From positions 51,627,830-51,684,265 of the forward strand of contig NC_068996.1 of assembly GCF_001194135.2 (NCBI RefSeq): 56,436 bases of DNA, written 5' to 3'. Source of the stretch: Octopus bimaculoides. Taxonomy: Eukaryota. The notes below the pieces were generated by a model that worked only from the letters and a program-made list of their open reading frames with translations, ran no database searches and had not been told where the DNA came from. A program made the position numbers and the translations under genes. Of the stretch, positions 1 through 13,116 are shown piece after piece (within the stretch, counting starts at the first letter, position 1; every line of letters starts with the position of its first letter).

Positions 1-1269
1 ATATATATATATATATATACACATATATATATATGCATATATGGGCACAGAACGTCACGAAACATGTACAACAAAATATACAAAGTACAAGTACATGGAA
101 TATGAATTATTTTTTTGAACAATGAAAGACACAAATGGAAAACAAGAACGACCCTTCATCAGTTGTTAACTTTTTTTTACTCTCGTATTTCAAGCATTTA
201 ACAACAAGATACGCTTTCGATAAAACAGTTGCTCCCGCAAAGCAAATTAAATAAAATTTGGGATTTTGCAGAGGGTCAAAATTGGTAACACAAACAGGAC
301 AGTGAAAAGAAACAGGAATGAGGTTGATATATGTGTGTTTGTGTGTGTATACATACATACAAATATGTATGTATTATCATCATCATCTTTTTACGTCCAT
401 GTTACATACTGGGTGGGTTGGATGGGTCCAAGGACTGCATCATGCCCCAGGCTCTGCTTTGTCCAGGTATCTACTTTAATAAGTGCTTTTTTATTATTAT
501 TATCATTTTTTTTTTGTACCACCTGCTCAAATGAGGTTGTCATGCAGCTCACAGAATTATGAACCCAAAGAGGAGGGACATATGCTAGGATATGATGTCC
601 GAAAGTATGAGAAAAGGCAGCTGAGATGATTTCTTGTTATATAGGCCCTACATGGCCACTCACATTTAGAAAAGATGATAATAGTCAGGTGAAGCCATAA
701 AGAGGTAATGACATGTCCAGGTGACTCCTCAGGTACAAGGTACATAGAAGTGAGTGAGTACATAGGATATGTGAGTGGGTGGGCTTTGCAAGAGCAAATG
801 GGTAAATCAAGAAATGGAATTGGAGAGTGGAAAGGAGATAGGCAACAATCGTAAAGATTGGGTAGGGTTGAAGGGTGGATGTAGGGAATGGTGGATAAGA
901 AGATGAGAACGACTATTGTTCAGGAAGTTAAAGGGATACAGAAGAGAACAAGGTGTGAGTGGAGAGAGCAAGAGGACAGTAATCAGTTGGCAGGAGGAGG
1001 ACAAGTGATAAATGACTTGTGCAAGAGTGGGGGGGAGAGGGAGGCAGGAGCCGTACATAAGGAGAAATAATTCTGTGGTTCAGTGGAAACAGGGATTATT
1101 GTAATGTGTGGGTGGGAAAAACAGCATTAACGGATGAAGAATGGTTTGCAAATGAAATGGTTCCAGATAGCAAGAAAAATATAATGGTATCAAGAGATAT
1201 GATGTGTGGATGCGGGATATGAGGAGGAAATTGAGAAAGGTGCCTATTTGTGCATATATGTACACACAT

Positions 1270-2400
1270 AGTGCTTCCAGAATCTGTTTTGTAGACATAG
1301 GTGTGTCTTCTTGAGAACTGCATATTGCCAATTATCCCACTTCTTCGTCATTGCCATGAGGCTTGGGGTCCTAAGATCAGCCTTCACCAATTCATCCCAT
1401 GTCTTCCTGGGTCTCCTTCTTTTGCAATTTTCATCCACATTAAGTGATCAGCACTTCTTTGTACAGCTGTCCTCATCCATATCACATGTCCATACCATAC
1501 TTCTTTCTTGAACACAACATCCAATCCTTCATTAACAGTTTTTCACTCAACACCTCCGTATTCTTTCATGCACACTTACATTGCACATCCAGTGGAGTAT
1601 GCTAACATCATTTCTTTTTAGTCGTTACATTTAGCGCTTATGTTTCACTATCATGCAGCCTTGCAGTTCTAACACAATCTGCCTTTCATTCTGAAGGAAA
1701 AAAACCTTTGTTGCCAACAATGGTAGTAATTCATTGACCTTTCTCCAAACCATTCTTACTCTGGCTGCTCTACTTTCAAAGCAACCACTTACCTTGCTAA
1801 TTATGTCTCCTAAGTAACAAAAAATATCAACAACTTCTAATCAAGACATACAAGAGAGTTTATTTTGAGTGTGTTCATAGTACATACTGCTCCAGTGCAT
1901 CTACCATATATGAAGCTTATGTTATTTGTTCACCTGCCTATGGTGTATCCATACCTTACTTTGGTACAGCATATGGAGTTTATACCTACTCTTTCTGCAT
2001 ATCGACCATGGTCATTTCCTTGAAGATACCAGAGTCCTGTCTTCTTTCTTACTTACCTTTCTCATTTGCTAAGTTTACCTTAAGATCTCTTGATTTTAGG
2101 TTTAGCTTCTATGCCTGAAATTTCTTCTCTAATTCTCCTAAAGATCCAGCTATGAGCACTAGATCATCAGGATATAAGAGTTCACATGGATAGCCAATCT
2201 TGAACTCCTCAGTAAAGGCCTGTAAGATAATGATAAATAGAAGGGGACAGAGGACTAAGCCTTGATGGACTCCGATCCTCAGACTAAATTCTTCATTAAA
2301 TTCATTAACTCTCACTTTACTTATTGCATCTTTGTTCATGGCATATACAGCTCTCACAAGCCATTTGTCAATGTCTAGTTACCTTAATGACACCAAGATT
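1270..2400 (-). mobile_element. Degraded RTE LINE, RT C-terminal half
   Basis: GVHQGLVLCPLLFIIILQA..ELLYPDDL and RRPRKTWDELVKADL fragments. Confidence 0.88.
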
Positions 2401-2493
2401 ACTGTACATAATGATGACACATACACATATATATATACACACACACATACATATAAGTTTATATATATTCATATATATATATATATATATATA

Positions 2494-2733
2494 NNNNNNN
2501 NNNNNNNNNNNNNNNNNNNNNNNNNNNNNNNNNNNNNNNNNNNNNNNNNNNNNNNNNNNNNNNNNNNNNNNNNNNNNNNNNNNNNNNNNNNNNNNNNNNN
2601 NNNNNNNNNNNNNNNNNNNNNNNNNNNNNNNNNNNNNNNNNNNNNNNNNNNNNNNNNNNNNNNNNNNNNNNNNNNNNNNNNNNNNNNNNNNNNNNNNNNN
2701 NNNNNNNNNNNNNNNNNNNNNNNNNNNNNNNNN
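2494..2733. other. Assembly gap (N)
   Basis: N run flanked by (TA)n. Confidence 1.
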
Positions 2734-2769
2734 TATATATATATATATATATGTATATGGGTGCAGACA

Positions 2770-3172
2770 TGGCTGTGTGGTAAGAAGTTTGCTTCCCAAC
2801 CACATGGATCCAGGTTCAGTCCCACTGCGTGGCACCTCGGGCCAACCAAAGCCTTGTGGGTGGATTTGATAGATGGAAACTGAAAGAAGCCTGTCATATA
2901 TATCTATATATGTGTGTATATATATATATGTATATATATATATGTATATATCTATGTATGTGTGTATATGTTTGTCCCCACCTCCACCATTTGATAACCA
3001 GTGTTGGTGTGTTTATGTCCCCATAACATTAGCAGTTCAGCAAAAAGGATAGATAATACGAGTACCAGGCTTTAAAAAAAAGTACTGGGATCAATACATT
3101 CAACCATAAATTCTTCAAGGCAGTGCCCCAGCATGGCCACAGTCTAATGACTGAAACAAGTAAAAAATAAAA
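2770..3172 (+). mobile_element. tRNA-derived SINE, same family, internal deletion
   Basis: Same head, body and tail motifs. Confidence 0.85.
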
Positions 3173-3874
3173 GTTACATATGCATATAGACATTACTTGG
3201 CCTAGAGGACAAGGATCTTGAAAAATTCACTTGATCTGGGTGCCTTCTTTAATGCAAACAGTGAGATTTTTAGTTGGTGCCCTCATGATAGAAAATTTCT
3301 GTTGGAAACTTGGGCTTCCCCACTTGCTGACTAGTGAACAGAAAACATACATGTATTGACCCTTTTTGAACACACCTGGAATCATTCAAAGGGAAATAAC
3401 TCCTTCTCTCCCAGAAGGGATTTTCATTTCAGGATTTTTTTTCACCACCAATTTGACCAGACAGGTATTTTTACCTCCATTAGTAAAGCGATTTACGTGC
3501 CTCTCACCAGCAGGTCTGGTGAGCTGCCTATATTGCTAAGTGCAGTAGATGTGAAATCAATGGTAATTTTCTGACCGGCCATAACTGATGACTACATACA
3601 CACATAATACAAAGAAAATAGTGACCGTGTATTTGCATTGTTGAAATTCTTCTCCTATATCGAAAAGATGAAAACGTGTATAGCGAAAACTGTGACTTCA
3701 AGAGTGAAAGGTACTAATTATCAGAGAAGAGCCATCGATAAGCACTACAACATATACACATGTGAAATTGCCAGTATCGTTAATTGATATGGAACTAAAC
3801 CGGTGTATGCTTGGATAAATATCCCTAGGAAAGAATAACCTCTTTCCACACAGACTTATAGGTGGACCTGGCGC

Positions 3875-5369
3875 TGGAACACAAAACAATAAACATTTTC
3901 AAAGATATCAACGAAATATTAATTTTCAAACGTTACAAAAATATGTACACCCTAAAGGAAATTTGCTATATTCAATGTTTTATCCACATTTTTACTAAAT
4001 TCAGATATGGCTGTAACTTTCAATTCTAATTATTTCTCCTGGCATTTTAGCACCGGTCATTGTTATTCCATATGCGGGAATTCTGATTTGTGTACCGCGG
4101 TGAAAATCTTCTTCATTGGGATTAAAATGGCACCAAAAGGAAAAGAATTGTCTGAAGATTTGAAGAAAATTATTTTTAACTTGTACAAGAATGGTTTAGG
4201 ATACAAGTTAATTAGTAAAAATTAAAAAAAGAACATATTAGCGTAAACACAGTTGCCAAAGTAATTCAGAAGTACAAAACTACTGGACGACTTAGCAATA
4301 AACATCGTCCTTCGATGCGCGATATTCGCCACATCCAACGTTGCGTGATGGACAACAGGCGTCGTACTGCTTCATCTTTGGCCCAAGAAGTGTCTTTTGT
4401 TAGTGGAAAGAGTGTTTCCACCCAAACAGTTCACCGTAGTTTGAACCAGTGTGGTCTTCATGGACGCATTCCTCATAGGAAGCCTCTCCTCACTACCAGG
4501 CATAAATCAAGTTGTCTTTCTTTTGCCGAAACCTATGTGAGTAAGGGGAAGGAGTTTGGTAATAAAATTCTTTTTCTGATGAGACTAAAATCGACTTGTT
4601 TGGGTCAGATGGTATTAAACGAATAGGGCGACGACCAGGTGGAGATAATAGCGACAAATGCACCGTGCCTAGCGAGAAACACTGCGGCGGAAGTGTTTAT
4701 GCTTTGGGGATGCATGAGTGTGATTGGTGTGGGAGGACTCGCATTTATTGAGAGAACAATGGATTCAAGGCTTTATTGTGACATATTGCAGAAAACAATG
4801 TTGAAATGCATCAAGGAACTAGGAAAACATTCCGTGTTCCGACATGATAATGACCCTAAACACACTTCAAAGATGACGACTAAGTTTTTATCAGATAAAA
4901 AGGTAAAGGCATTGCCTTGACCTACCATGTCACCTGATTTTAACCCAATAGAACATCTGTAGGGTGTTTTGAAAAGGAAGGTTGAGGAGAAAACCCTCTG
5001 CAATGTAACACAATTGAAAGACATCATTCAGGATGAATGGGGGTCGATTTCATCAGTTATGTGGGGAAATTTAGTCGGTTCTATGCCCAGAAGACTTAAT
5101 GCACTCATTGAAAGCAAGGGTGGGTCACACTATATATTGTATATAAGAAATAACCCTTTAGGGTGTACATATTTTTGTCTCGTTTGAAAATTAATATTTC
5201 GTTCATATCTTCGATAATGTTTATTGTTTTGTGTTCCAAATTAGAAAAAATGTTTGAATGTATAGTATATTTTATTCAGTATAAATTTCGTTTGATTTCC
5301 TTCGATATTATCAGAGTAATGGCAATTTTACCGAAATTTTTTAGTGGTGTACATACTCCTATGCGAAAC

Positions 5370-5371
<2 letters not shown>
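3875..5371 (+). mobile_element. Tc1-family DNA transposon, defective, with long IR/DR-type TIR
   Basis: Disrupted transposase from ATG 4127 (MAPKGKELSEDLK) to ~5135 with HDNDPKH...SPDFNPIE (34 residues between D and E, DD34E). Inverted repeat 3875-3958 vs 5155-5238; right end followed by (TA)n. Confidence 0.92.
4127..5135 (+). pseudogene. Tc1 DD34E transposase pseudogene
   Basis: Several stops and frameshifts across ORF fragments 4007-4225, 4315-4626, 4639-4920 and 4969-5187. Confidence 0.9.
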
Positions 5372-5409
<38 letters not shown>

Positions 5410-5477
5410 CACACATAGATGCGTGCATATATATTTTGATTAATTGCCTTAAGTCATGTGTAAACAAAAGGTTTATC

Positions 5478-5562
5478 GGCAAAGGTAAAGAATACGCACA
5501 CCCGATGTTTAGGGTTAGGGTTACGCCGAAAATGGGTGGTGTGCGTATTCTTTACCTTCGCC
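5478..5562. repeat. Small hairpin element with TTAGGG repeats in its loop
   Basis: 25-bp arms 5478-5502 and 5538-5562 (24/25 match); TTAGGGTTAGGGTTA at 5509-5523. Confidence 0.85.
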
Positions 5563-7689
5563 TAGTTTACCTACCTAATTGATGGACACACCCATGAAGT
5601 AGGGATGATTTTTCTCACATTTGTGATTTCATTTCACAAGTTGATTTGAATAAAATTCTGCTGAGTGGTTGGTGTTAGGAAGGGCATCCAGCTGTAAAAA
5701 TTCTGTCAAACACAGTCATTGAAGTCTGGTGCAGGCTTCTGCCTGACCGGCTCTTGTGAAACCGTCCCACCCATGCCAGCATGGAAGGCGGGCGTTAAAC
5801 GATGATGATGATGAATAAATGAACTCTAAAATATTGCATAACTTAGTATGTAATATGAAATAATGCCCGTTGTTCGATGAAACATAACATCAATTTGACT
5901 TTCTTTTCCTCAGTTAAAATTATTTTTATTCACTCTCTGAGAATTATAACATTGTTATGTGGTATACACGCTTTAGATTAATGAAGTTTTCATTTAACAA
6001 TTGACTTAATTATGACTAGTCGTCCTTTGGTTAATCAAAAGGTATAATCTTTACATTGCCGTTCAAACACTTTGCTTCCTGCATGAAGTGCTGTTGAGGT
6101 GATCACCTGTATTTTACTATCCCCTCAATTATTATAAATACATACACATAATGCAAAATGGTGCATCAACATCTACTGCCAAATCTGATAGAATTCTGGC
6201 AAAACTGTGTAGCAACAGATCGCCAGCAATTGCTTCATCACAAATTGCCATCCTACCTCCTGCAAAAAGGGATTACCCTGCTATGTATAATCAAGGCAGC
6301 GCAAAAAGTTGTTTTGCACAAGCATTTCTATAGCCAATTACACGGATGAAATTTACGTATGCTTAATAATGTTACGCAAAACAGCCTTCAGACTTTCCCT
6401 ATTAATTTCATCGTCTTTTGAATTATGAACATATTTACATCATAAGGGTTTTTTCGTTGTAAGGCTTTCTTTTTTAGTTGATTTTCACCTAGCAAGACTT
6501 ATCATAGATGGTCTAATAAATCACACCCGGACAAGGTCGTGTTATACTGCTAGTTACATATAATTCCTTTATTGGAACAAATTTGGCTTACAGCTGTTCC
6601 AGTTGTCATTATAGGTACATTACTGATAGGTTTACTCAACTGGTCTATTGATCAATTGAGGCAAATTGAATGACCTAACAAAATTAATACTACTTTCTCG
6701 TCAGATCCATTTCTGAATATAATAAGCAGAGCAGTTGAGGAATGGCTATTGTGTGGGGAAGATGGGGTGTTCGAGTGGAATAGAGAACAAAGGAAGATGG
6801 GAGGGGGGTTACAAAGGGGTGGAAGTGAGTAAGGGAGTAGTACAGGAGTCCGTAGAAGTAGGGGCATTGTATTGCCAAATTTGGAAGTGGGACAGTCTCA
6901 ACCATAGGTCAGTGCCCATTACCATATTAGAATTTTATATAGATTAGATATTCTCCAGCCATTGTGTTGATATTTGATATGGGCTTTCCGTGGTCAGTCT
7001 AAGACAATAATGTTCAGTTTTTAATCTAGTATAGTGGAGGAATAATGTTAAGAGAATGAAGGATACTTTTTATTCAAATTATAGAGGTCATGAAAGCTCT
7101 TATTATCTGGATATAAATACTGATAGATTTAGAGATGTTGTTACTAATGGGGTGATGTTGAGTTAAAGTTGTTAAGTTTTAAAATTTAAATTAATAAAAG
7201 GGTTAGGGTTTAAATTTTAACTGAAGCTGAAATTTCTAAAATTAGCATTAAGGTAAAGTAAGATATAGAGGATTAGAGTAAATTTGCAGAGTAATGTGTT
7301 ATACCAAAACAACTATGATGAAGGTGACAGCATCACCATCAACATCAATACCAATAATATAAATAAAATAGCAATATGATAATCTTCCAAAATAATATCA
7401 GAAATAATAATACCAATAGTCATGGGCTAATAATAAAACAACGATAAGGGGGTAATGGCCTCAATACTGGAATGAAAGTAAAAGATTAAAGTTAAAATAA
7501 GATCTCAAAAGAATAAAATTAAAATAATATTTTTAAAATATTTTTTAAAATGTTTTAAAATAATTTAAAACCCATGAAATATATATATACATATATCCAT
7601 GCACATATATTTGCATGTATACATACATGCACACATCATCATCATTATCACACACATACATACCCTTATATATATTCTTTTATTCTTTT

Positions 7690-8027
7690 GCTTTTTCAGT
7701 TGTTTGACTGCGGCCATGCTGGAGCACTGCCTTTAGTCGAACAAATCAATCTCAGGACTTATTCTTTGTAAGCCCAGTACTTATTCAATTGGTCTCTTAT
7801 TGCCGAATCACTTAGTTACAGGAACATAAACAAACCAACATCAGTTGTCAAGTAATGGCGAGGGGGACAAACACAGACGCACAAATATATACATACATAT
7901 ATATGCCAGGCTTCTTTCGGTTTCCATCTACCAAATTCACTCATAAGGCTTTGTTGGCCAAGGTGTCACACAGTGGCACTGAACCAGTAACCATGTGGTT
8001 GGGAAGCAAGCTTCTTACCACACAACC
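7690..8027 (-). mobile_element. tRNA-derived SINE, same family
   Basis: Reverse complement of the family head (cttcttaccacac) and tail (gactgcggccatgctggagcac). Confidence 0.85.
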
Positions 8028-8196
8028 TGTATATATAGAGAGGTGAGTTCAATTAGAGGTTATGAAAACCATTTAATGGATACTTGTATCCAATGGATTA
8101 CTGGTGTATTACCCATATGTGATTATGAGTATTAGTATTAATCTTCATAAATGATAGGTAAGGAAGGAAACGAATAAACTGAAGTTTATCAATATT

Positions 8197-8797
8197 TAAA
8201 GAAAAATAATAAAATGGAGATAAAATTGACAATTGATAAACATCAATTATTATTTATTGATTATAAAAAGACAAAATCTCATCTGACAGCTGTTTCTGTT
8301 GGCGCTATTCTCAAACTTAACTACTACAATAATAATAACTATTATTGTAAGTAATTAATTATACCAATTTAACTAGTTGAACTTCATAAGAGCAGAAAAG
8401 TAAAGATATATCAATTCATGTTACATGCTGTCCCACTGGGAACCTTTCGACAGACTAAAATTTAGAAGTAGGATTGGAATAGTTATAATTACTATTACTA
8501 AATTTTAGTCGGTCAAAAGGTTCCCGGAAGGAGAGCATGTAACATGAACTGATATATCCTTACTTTCTTGCTTTCTCTTTCTTTTTCTTTACTTTTCTGC
8601 TCTGATGAAGTTCCACTATTTAAATTGGCATAATTAATTACTCACAATGATAATTATTATTTTTATTGTAGTAGTTAAACCTGAGAATAACGCCAACAGA
8701 AACAGCTGTCAGATGAGATTTTGTCTTTTTATAATCAATAAATGATAATTGATGTGTATCAATCATCAATTTTATCTCCATTTTCTGTTTTCCTTTT
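8197..8797. repeat. ~600-bp foldback (long imperfect inverted repeat)
   Basis: Arms ~8197-8465 and ~8498-8797 are colinear reverse complements (e.g. aaaatggagataaaattga / tcaattttatctccatttt); ~32-nt loop; extra pyrimidine tract in the right arm. Confidence 0.95.
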
Positions 8798-9524
8798 ATA
8801 TATATATACAGCCATACATGTGCTTTCAAGCTGACATGGGTTGGATGGTTTGACAGAATCTGGTAAGCCATAGGGGTACAGCACAGTCTGCTGCTTTGGC
8901 TTGGTCTCTACAACTGAACTCTCTTCTACAGCTTGATGCTCTTGCCAGCTACTTTACAGAGTGTACCAAGTGCTTTTTCATAGCATCAGCACTAGTGAGT
9001 TCACCAAGTAACTTGCAAGGCGAGACCTCTCAACTGAATGGAGTATAGTATCGAAGGAGGGGAAAGTATGATAAAAGAACTAGTATCTTGCTGAAGAGGA
9101 GATACATGTCTTACCTAAATGGAAAGAGATGGTGAGGGTGTACCCTTGAGGTAAAAGGTGAATATAAAAGAGGTAATAGGGACAAAGAAATGGAAAGTGT
9201 AGGTAAGTTCATGAGAGCATGTAGAATGTGTGACAAATGGTTAGAGATGAGGACTGATGTGGACACAATGAACATCAGTTCGAGGTGGAGGAGGGGAATA
9301 AAAGAAATAAGAATAGGTCAGGGTAAAAAATAGTGTGCTACAGTGTTTACATTCCTTGTTGAAATTATGACTGGTCACTTTGCACTTTTGAAAACTAGTG
9401 GAATAAAAAAATTCGCTTACTTGTAAAACAGGTAAGGGTTAGCATGAAGGAGGACATTGGACCTTAAAATGCTCCCTCAAATGAATGCCATCCAATCATT
9501 CTAATATGGGGAAATGGATGTTAA

Positions 9525-9780
9525 ACAAACAATAGAGTGCCAACAGTTCTTGCTCAAAAGTACTGAAGTTCCTTTCAGGTGTTAAGATGCTTGAGAAGAA
9601 TGAAAACAGTAATACCATTATTACATTACTGGAGAAGACCACTAATACTGTGATCTGTTACATCAATCAATAGACAGAAAGCTGTACAAGGGCCGGGATA
9701 AACCAACATAGAAGTTTTAGCTAAGACATTAGTTTCAAGAGAATAAATTATGTAGCATCAGGGTAATAGTTCTTTTGTGC
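9525..9780 (-). mobile_element. Ty3/Gypsy pol fragment (RT connection and RNase H)
   Basis: Minus-strand LAKTSMLVYPGPCTAFCLLIDVTDHSISGLLQ and FFSSILTPERNFSTFEQELLALY match the Gypsy TDAS and FFS..L...E.NYST...ELLA.Y motifs. Confidence 0.7.
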
Positions 9781-10149
9781 TTTATTCTAGAGCAATGGTT
9801 CCCATGAACCTCTTTGACTCCTGTTGTACTCCTTTTGATTTCTTATAACCACTTGATGTTTTAAAAAACCCTATCATATCTTTGTAATTAAATATTATGA
9901 GGTATTGTATAAAAAAATTGTTAAAATATTTTGCGTATTGTGGTAGTATAAGCAATTTATTGCACATAAATTTTAATAGGCGTAGGAGTGGCTGTGTGGT
10001 AAGTAGCTTGCTTCCCAACCACATGGTTCCGGGTTCATCCGTAACATACCAACATTCTACCTTCACATTTGTTCACATCTTTTGTTTATGATTAGTCCAC
10101 ATTGCTCTGTAAGGAACATTAGGCTGGTTTTCTGGTTTCTCTGGTGTAT

Positions 10150-10315
10150 AAATTCCTCTTTGGACTGGATGCTAGTCTGTCACATTATCACTCATTTTTA
10201 CCAGCTGATTGGACTGGAGCAATATGAAATGGAGTGTTTTGCTCAAGAACGCAACATGTTGCCTGGTCCAGGAATCAAAACCACAACCTTACGATCATGA
10301 TACCACTAAGCCACA
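10150..10315 (-). mobile_element. Second tRNA/CORE-like SINE family (also ~23490-23620 and ~25110-25275)
   Basis: Shared gtgttttgctcaagaa...ggaatc(a/g)aa(a/c)ccac motif in three places; minus strand begins gtggcttagtgg (A-box-like). Confidence 0.7.
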
Positions 10316-11569
10316 TCTTTCTTTTGTTTATAGTAGTGATCAAATCTATGTTGGAAATAATAAACGATGACCTGTGCTACAATGAAAACTGATGCTCAGA
10401 GAATGAACAAAACATTGAAAAAGAATCCTTCACAATACACAGATTGCTTAGGAATTCAAAATGGTTATTATTGATAAATCAGATTGAATAACAGAAGTTA
10501 CCACAGATATTTGATCAGAACACTTATCAATCTATGCATCCATGTTCTTTTCTGCAAATTGCTTTTCAGAGAAACAACATTGCCAGGGATTAAGGAGGTG
10601 ATTTAAGTGGCATTTCCAAACTTAATTAACCTCTTTTTGTCATCAAGCAATTTATCAGTACTTGTTTTCCTGTGGACACTGCAGCAAAGGTAAACATCCA
10701 ACCTTTGCCTCTAGTGCCAGGTAACAAGAAACTCACATCTATTCTTTTACTAGATATATAAACCATTTCCCAATTCCTACTTTCAATGAGAAACTGCATT
10801 ATCTGTCTACAAAAGAGTATTCAAATGAATTTTTGTCATAGATCAAGTTCCAGGATCAGCTGGGAACTGATCTTTTTTTTTTTTTTTTTTTTTTGCATCA
10901 TTTCAACCTTTTAGTTGATATTAGATGCAAAAGCCTGGTTGAGTCTGCCACCAGTCTTGTGTGTGGTGTTGCTATGCAGGCTTGTTCTGTCAATCCCAAC
11001 TTCTTGAACACTTTTTCAAGCCAGTACAATGATATTCTTTACAAGTATACTAGCATTACCTACCTTGTGTTAAAAAAAAAACCAAGCTGCAAGTCATTCT
11101 GTTACCAATCACATCACTGATGGATCATTAGTCTTTACCAAACCATGGCATCTTGCTTTTGATTAATTTAAGATTGCTAAAGCAGAATTTGATTGTATAC
11201 TGGAAATGAGCATTGTTTGCTCATCTGAGAAAAATCGGTCATCACCCCTTTCATAGGGGCCCTAAAAAAACTACAGGTGACTGACAACCTTGTGGTTACT
11301 ATCAGATACTTAACCCCTGCACTAAATTTAATAAGTACTGTATATCTCAATTTGATCTCAAACTCAAATTCCCAGCATCCACATCAGACTGTGGTTGGTT
11401 GAGAGAATAAGTTGATGCTATTATAGGCAATCCAATCCAGTCCCATTTATAGGATTTCTCAGCCTCTCTTTATGGTGCTATGATATTATCAACAAGTTAT
11501 CCATGCATACAATCAAATACGTATTGACTTGGATGATATTCACAAAACTGAAGTCTGAGTTTCTTTGAA

Positions 11570-12400
11570 TGTTGTTCTGTTTGAAAAACACTGCATCAAC
11601 ATTCTACCACTTCATCAATATTTTCATTTGTCCGCAAATTGATAATCTATTGTTACAAGCACATCCAGAGGAATATAAAAATTATCTCCCCCTCTTCCCC
11701 AATTGTCTTTTTCGATATGGTGTCACTACTAACTATATAACTGTAATATTTTCAAGAGTCACTTCTTTATACTTCCTGGGATATTTCATTAATAAACATG
11801 GAATTCACCAACTCAACTAAATGTTAAATCTATCTCCAAGATTTTCCTGTTCCTAATTCAATGAAGGAATTAAAGGAACTTCTCACCCTGAACAATTTTT
11901 ATTAAGGAATGAATAAGGGAATGTAGAAGGCTAGAAGTGTCTTGTGAAGATGTGTCCACTTTCCAGATGTACCTGAATTTCATGGACATCCATAAGAACA
12001 ACCTTAGCCTATACGAACCACTGGAAAACTGAAAGAAGACAAAATACATATTGTGATGGTTGAGATGGAATGCCAGGAACCCCAAAGGAGAGAGGTTTAC
12101 TAAAGACCACAGCAATGGACTTTTGACAATTAACAGATTAATTTTCATTAAAAAAGAAGCAAAAAATGCTCACAGGTCAGTTTTGAAGATCCATTTTGCT
12201 GAAGGTGATCAGTATGGAAGATTGTTGAAGCTTGATTTTATCTAGGTGATAGTGTTTCACTCTTTAATCAATGGAGAGTCTCAAAAGCAGGAGAGACCTA
12301 TAACATGTGGTCATATTGAATATGCATGGGCAACCACTTTCTCATGACTCCAAAGACCATATAGCTCTTCTGAAATTGTACCTTTATAGTAAAAGTGATG
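11570..12400 (+). mobile_element. Very old LINE RT remnant (RTE-like)
   Basis: Frameshifted fragments in RT motif order: STFYHFINIFI..QI..EEYK..LPLF, CPLS, GLLTIN, IVEA*FYLGDSV, then AW..F. Recognised by eye only. Confidence 0.45.
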
Positions 12401-13116
12401 AAGAGATCAATCAGATTAATGGTCCAGAGCAGAAGGCCCAGTTTCTATTCATGTGGCAGTGATTGTCACTTAATGGTCCTCTACCCAGAAGATGAAGAGG
12501 AAAAGCCAATAGAAAAAAATGGGTTACAGACAGCATTTATCATTTATATTACCATCATCATTGTTTAATGTCCACCTTCCATGCGGGCATACTATTGTAG
12601 CAGTTTTGTATGTTGGTGAGAAACATCACCTGTTTGATTCGCAGTTCTCACTTGCAACAAAGCTGTGTGGTTTATTTCTTCATGAGGTTACTAGGAATTT
12701 AATGGATGCTGTGTTATAGATGTATTGGTGATTGGCATAAATGTAGCAAGTCTTGTTGGCCATTCTCCATGACAACACCTTTGCAATCATGTTTAAAATG
12801 TACACCCGCCATTTGTTTTGGGGTGTACAACCTGTTATTCCTCCCTCCCCAATCTTCTATTGCTAAATCCCATACCCTTTTCTTTTTCTTTGTTTCCTTG
12901 GTGAAATAATTATGTTTTTTTTTTTTTCTTGATAATTTGATCTTTTATACTTTTAATATGTTTTACGTTCTTTTCTTCTTGTGAAAATATGTTGCTGATA
13001 AATTGTTGTTTGAAAAGAACCCCCCCCCCCCGTTGAAATGACCTTTATTTATTGTTACAATATAAAACAACTGCTTCAAGTTATTGTATTAAGATTAGTA
13101 GAAGTTCTTTGTCATT

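Noticed and set aside
107-358. 83-aa minus-strand ORF, plus CTGATGA and GAAACATGTA hammerhead-like fragments near 50-160
   Set aside because: ORF starts in microsatellite and has no recognisable motif; the ribozyme halves are on opposite strands and do not assemble.
3190-3592. Possible terminal exon of a minus-strand gene (SSVMAGQKITIDFTS...RGT*)
   Set aside because: Acceptor is plausible but all frames stop early and there is no homology; an old TE fragment is equally likely.
3698-3889. Minus-strand ORF with Ig-like NDTGNFTC
   Set aside because: Overlaps the degenerate left TIR region of the Tc1 element; no splice context or other Ig hallmarks.
6520-6555. Helitron-like 3' end (decayed hairpin then CTAG-T)
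   Set aside because: Hairpin is too degenerate and no matching 5' end or second copy was found.
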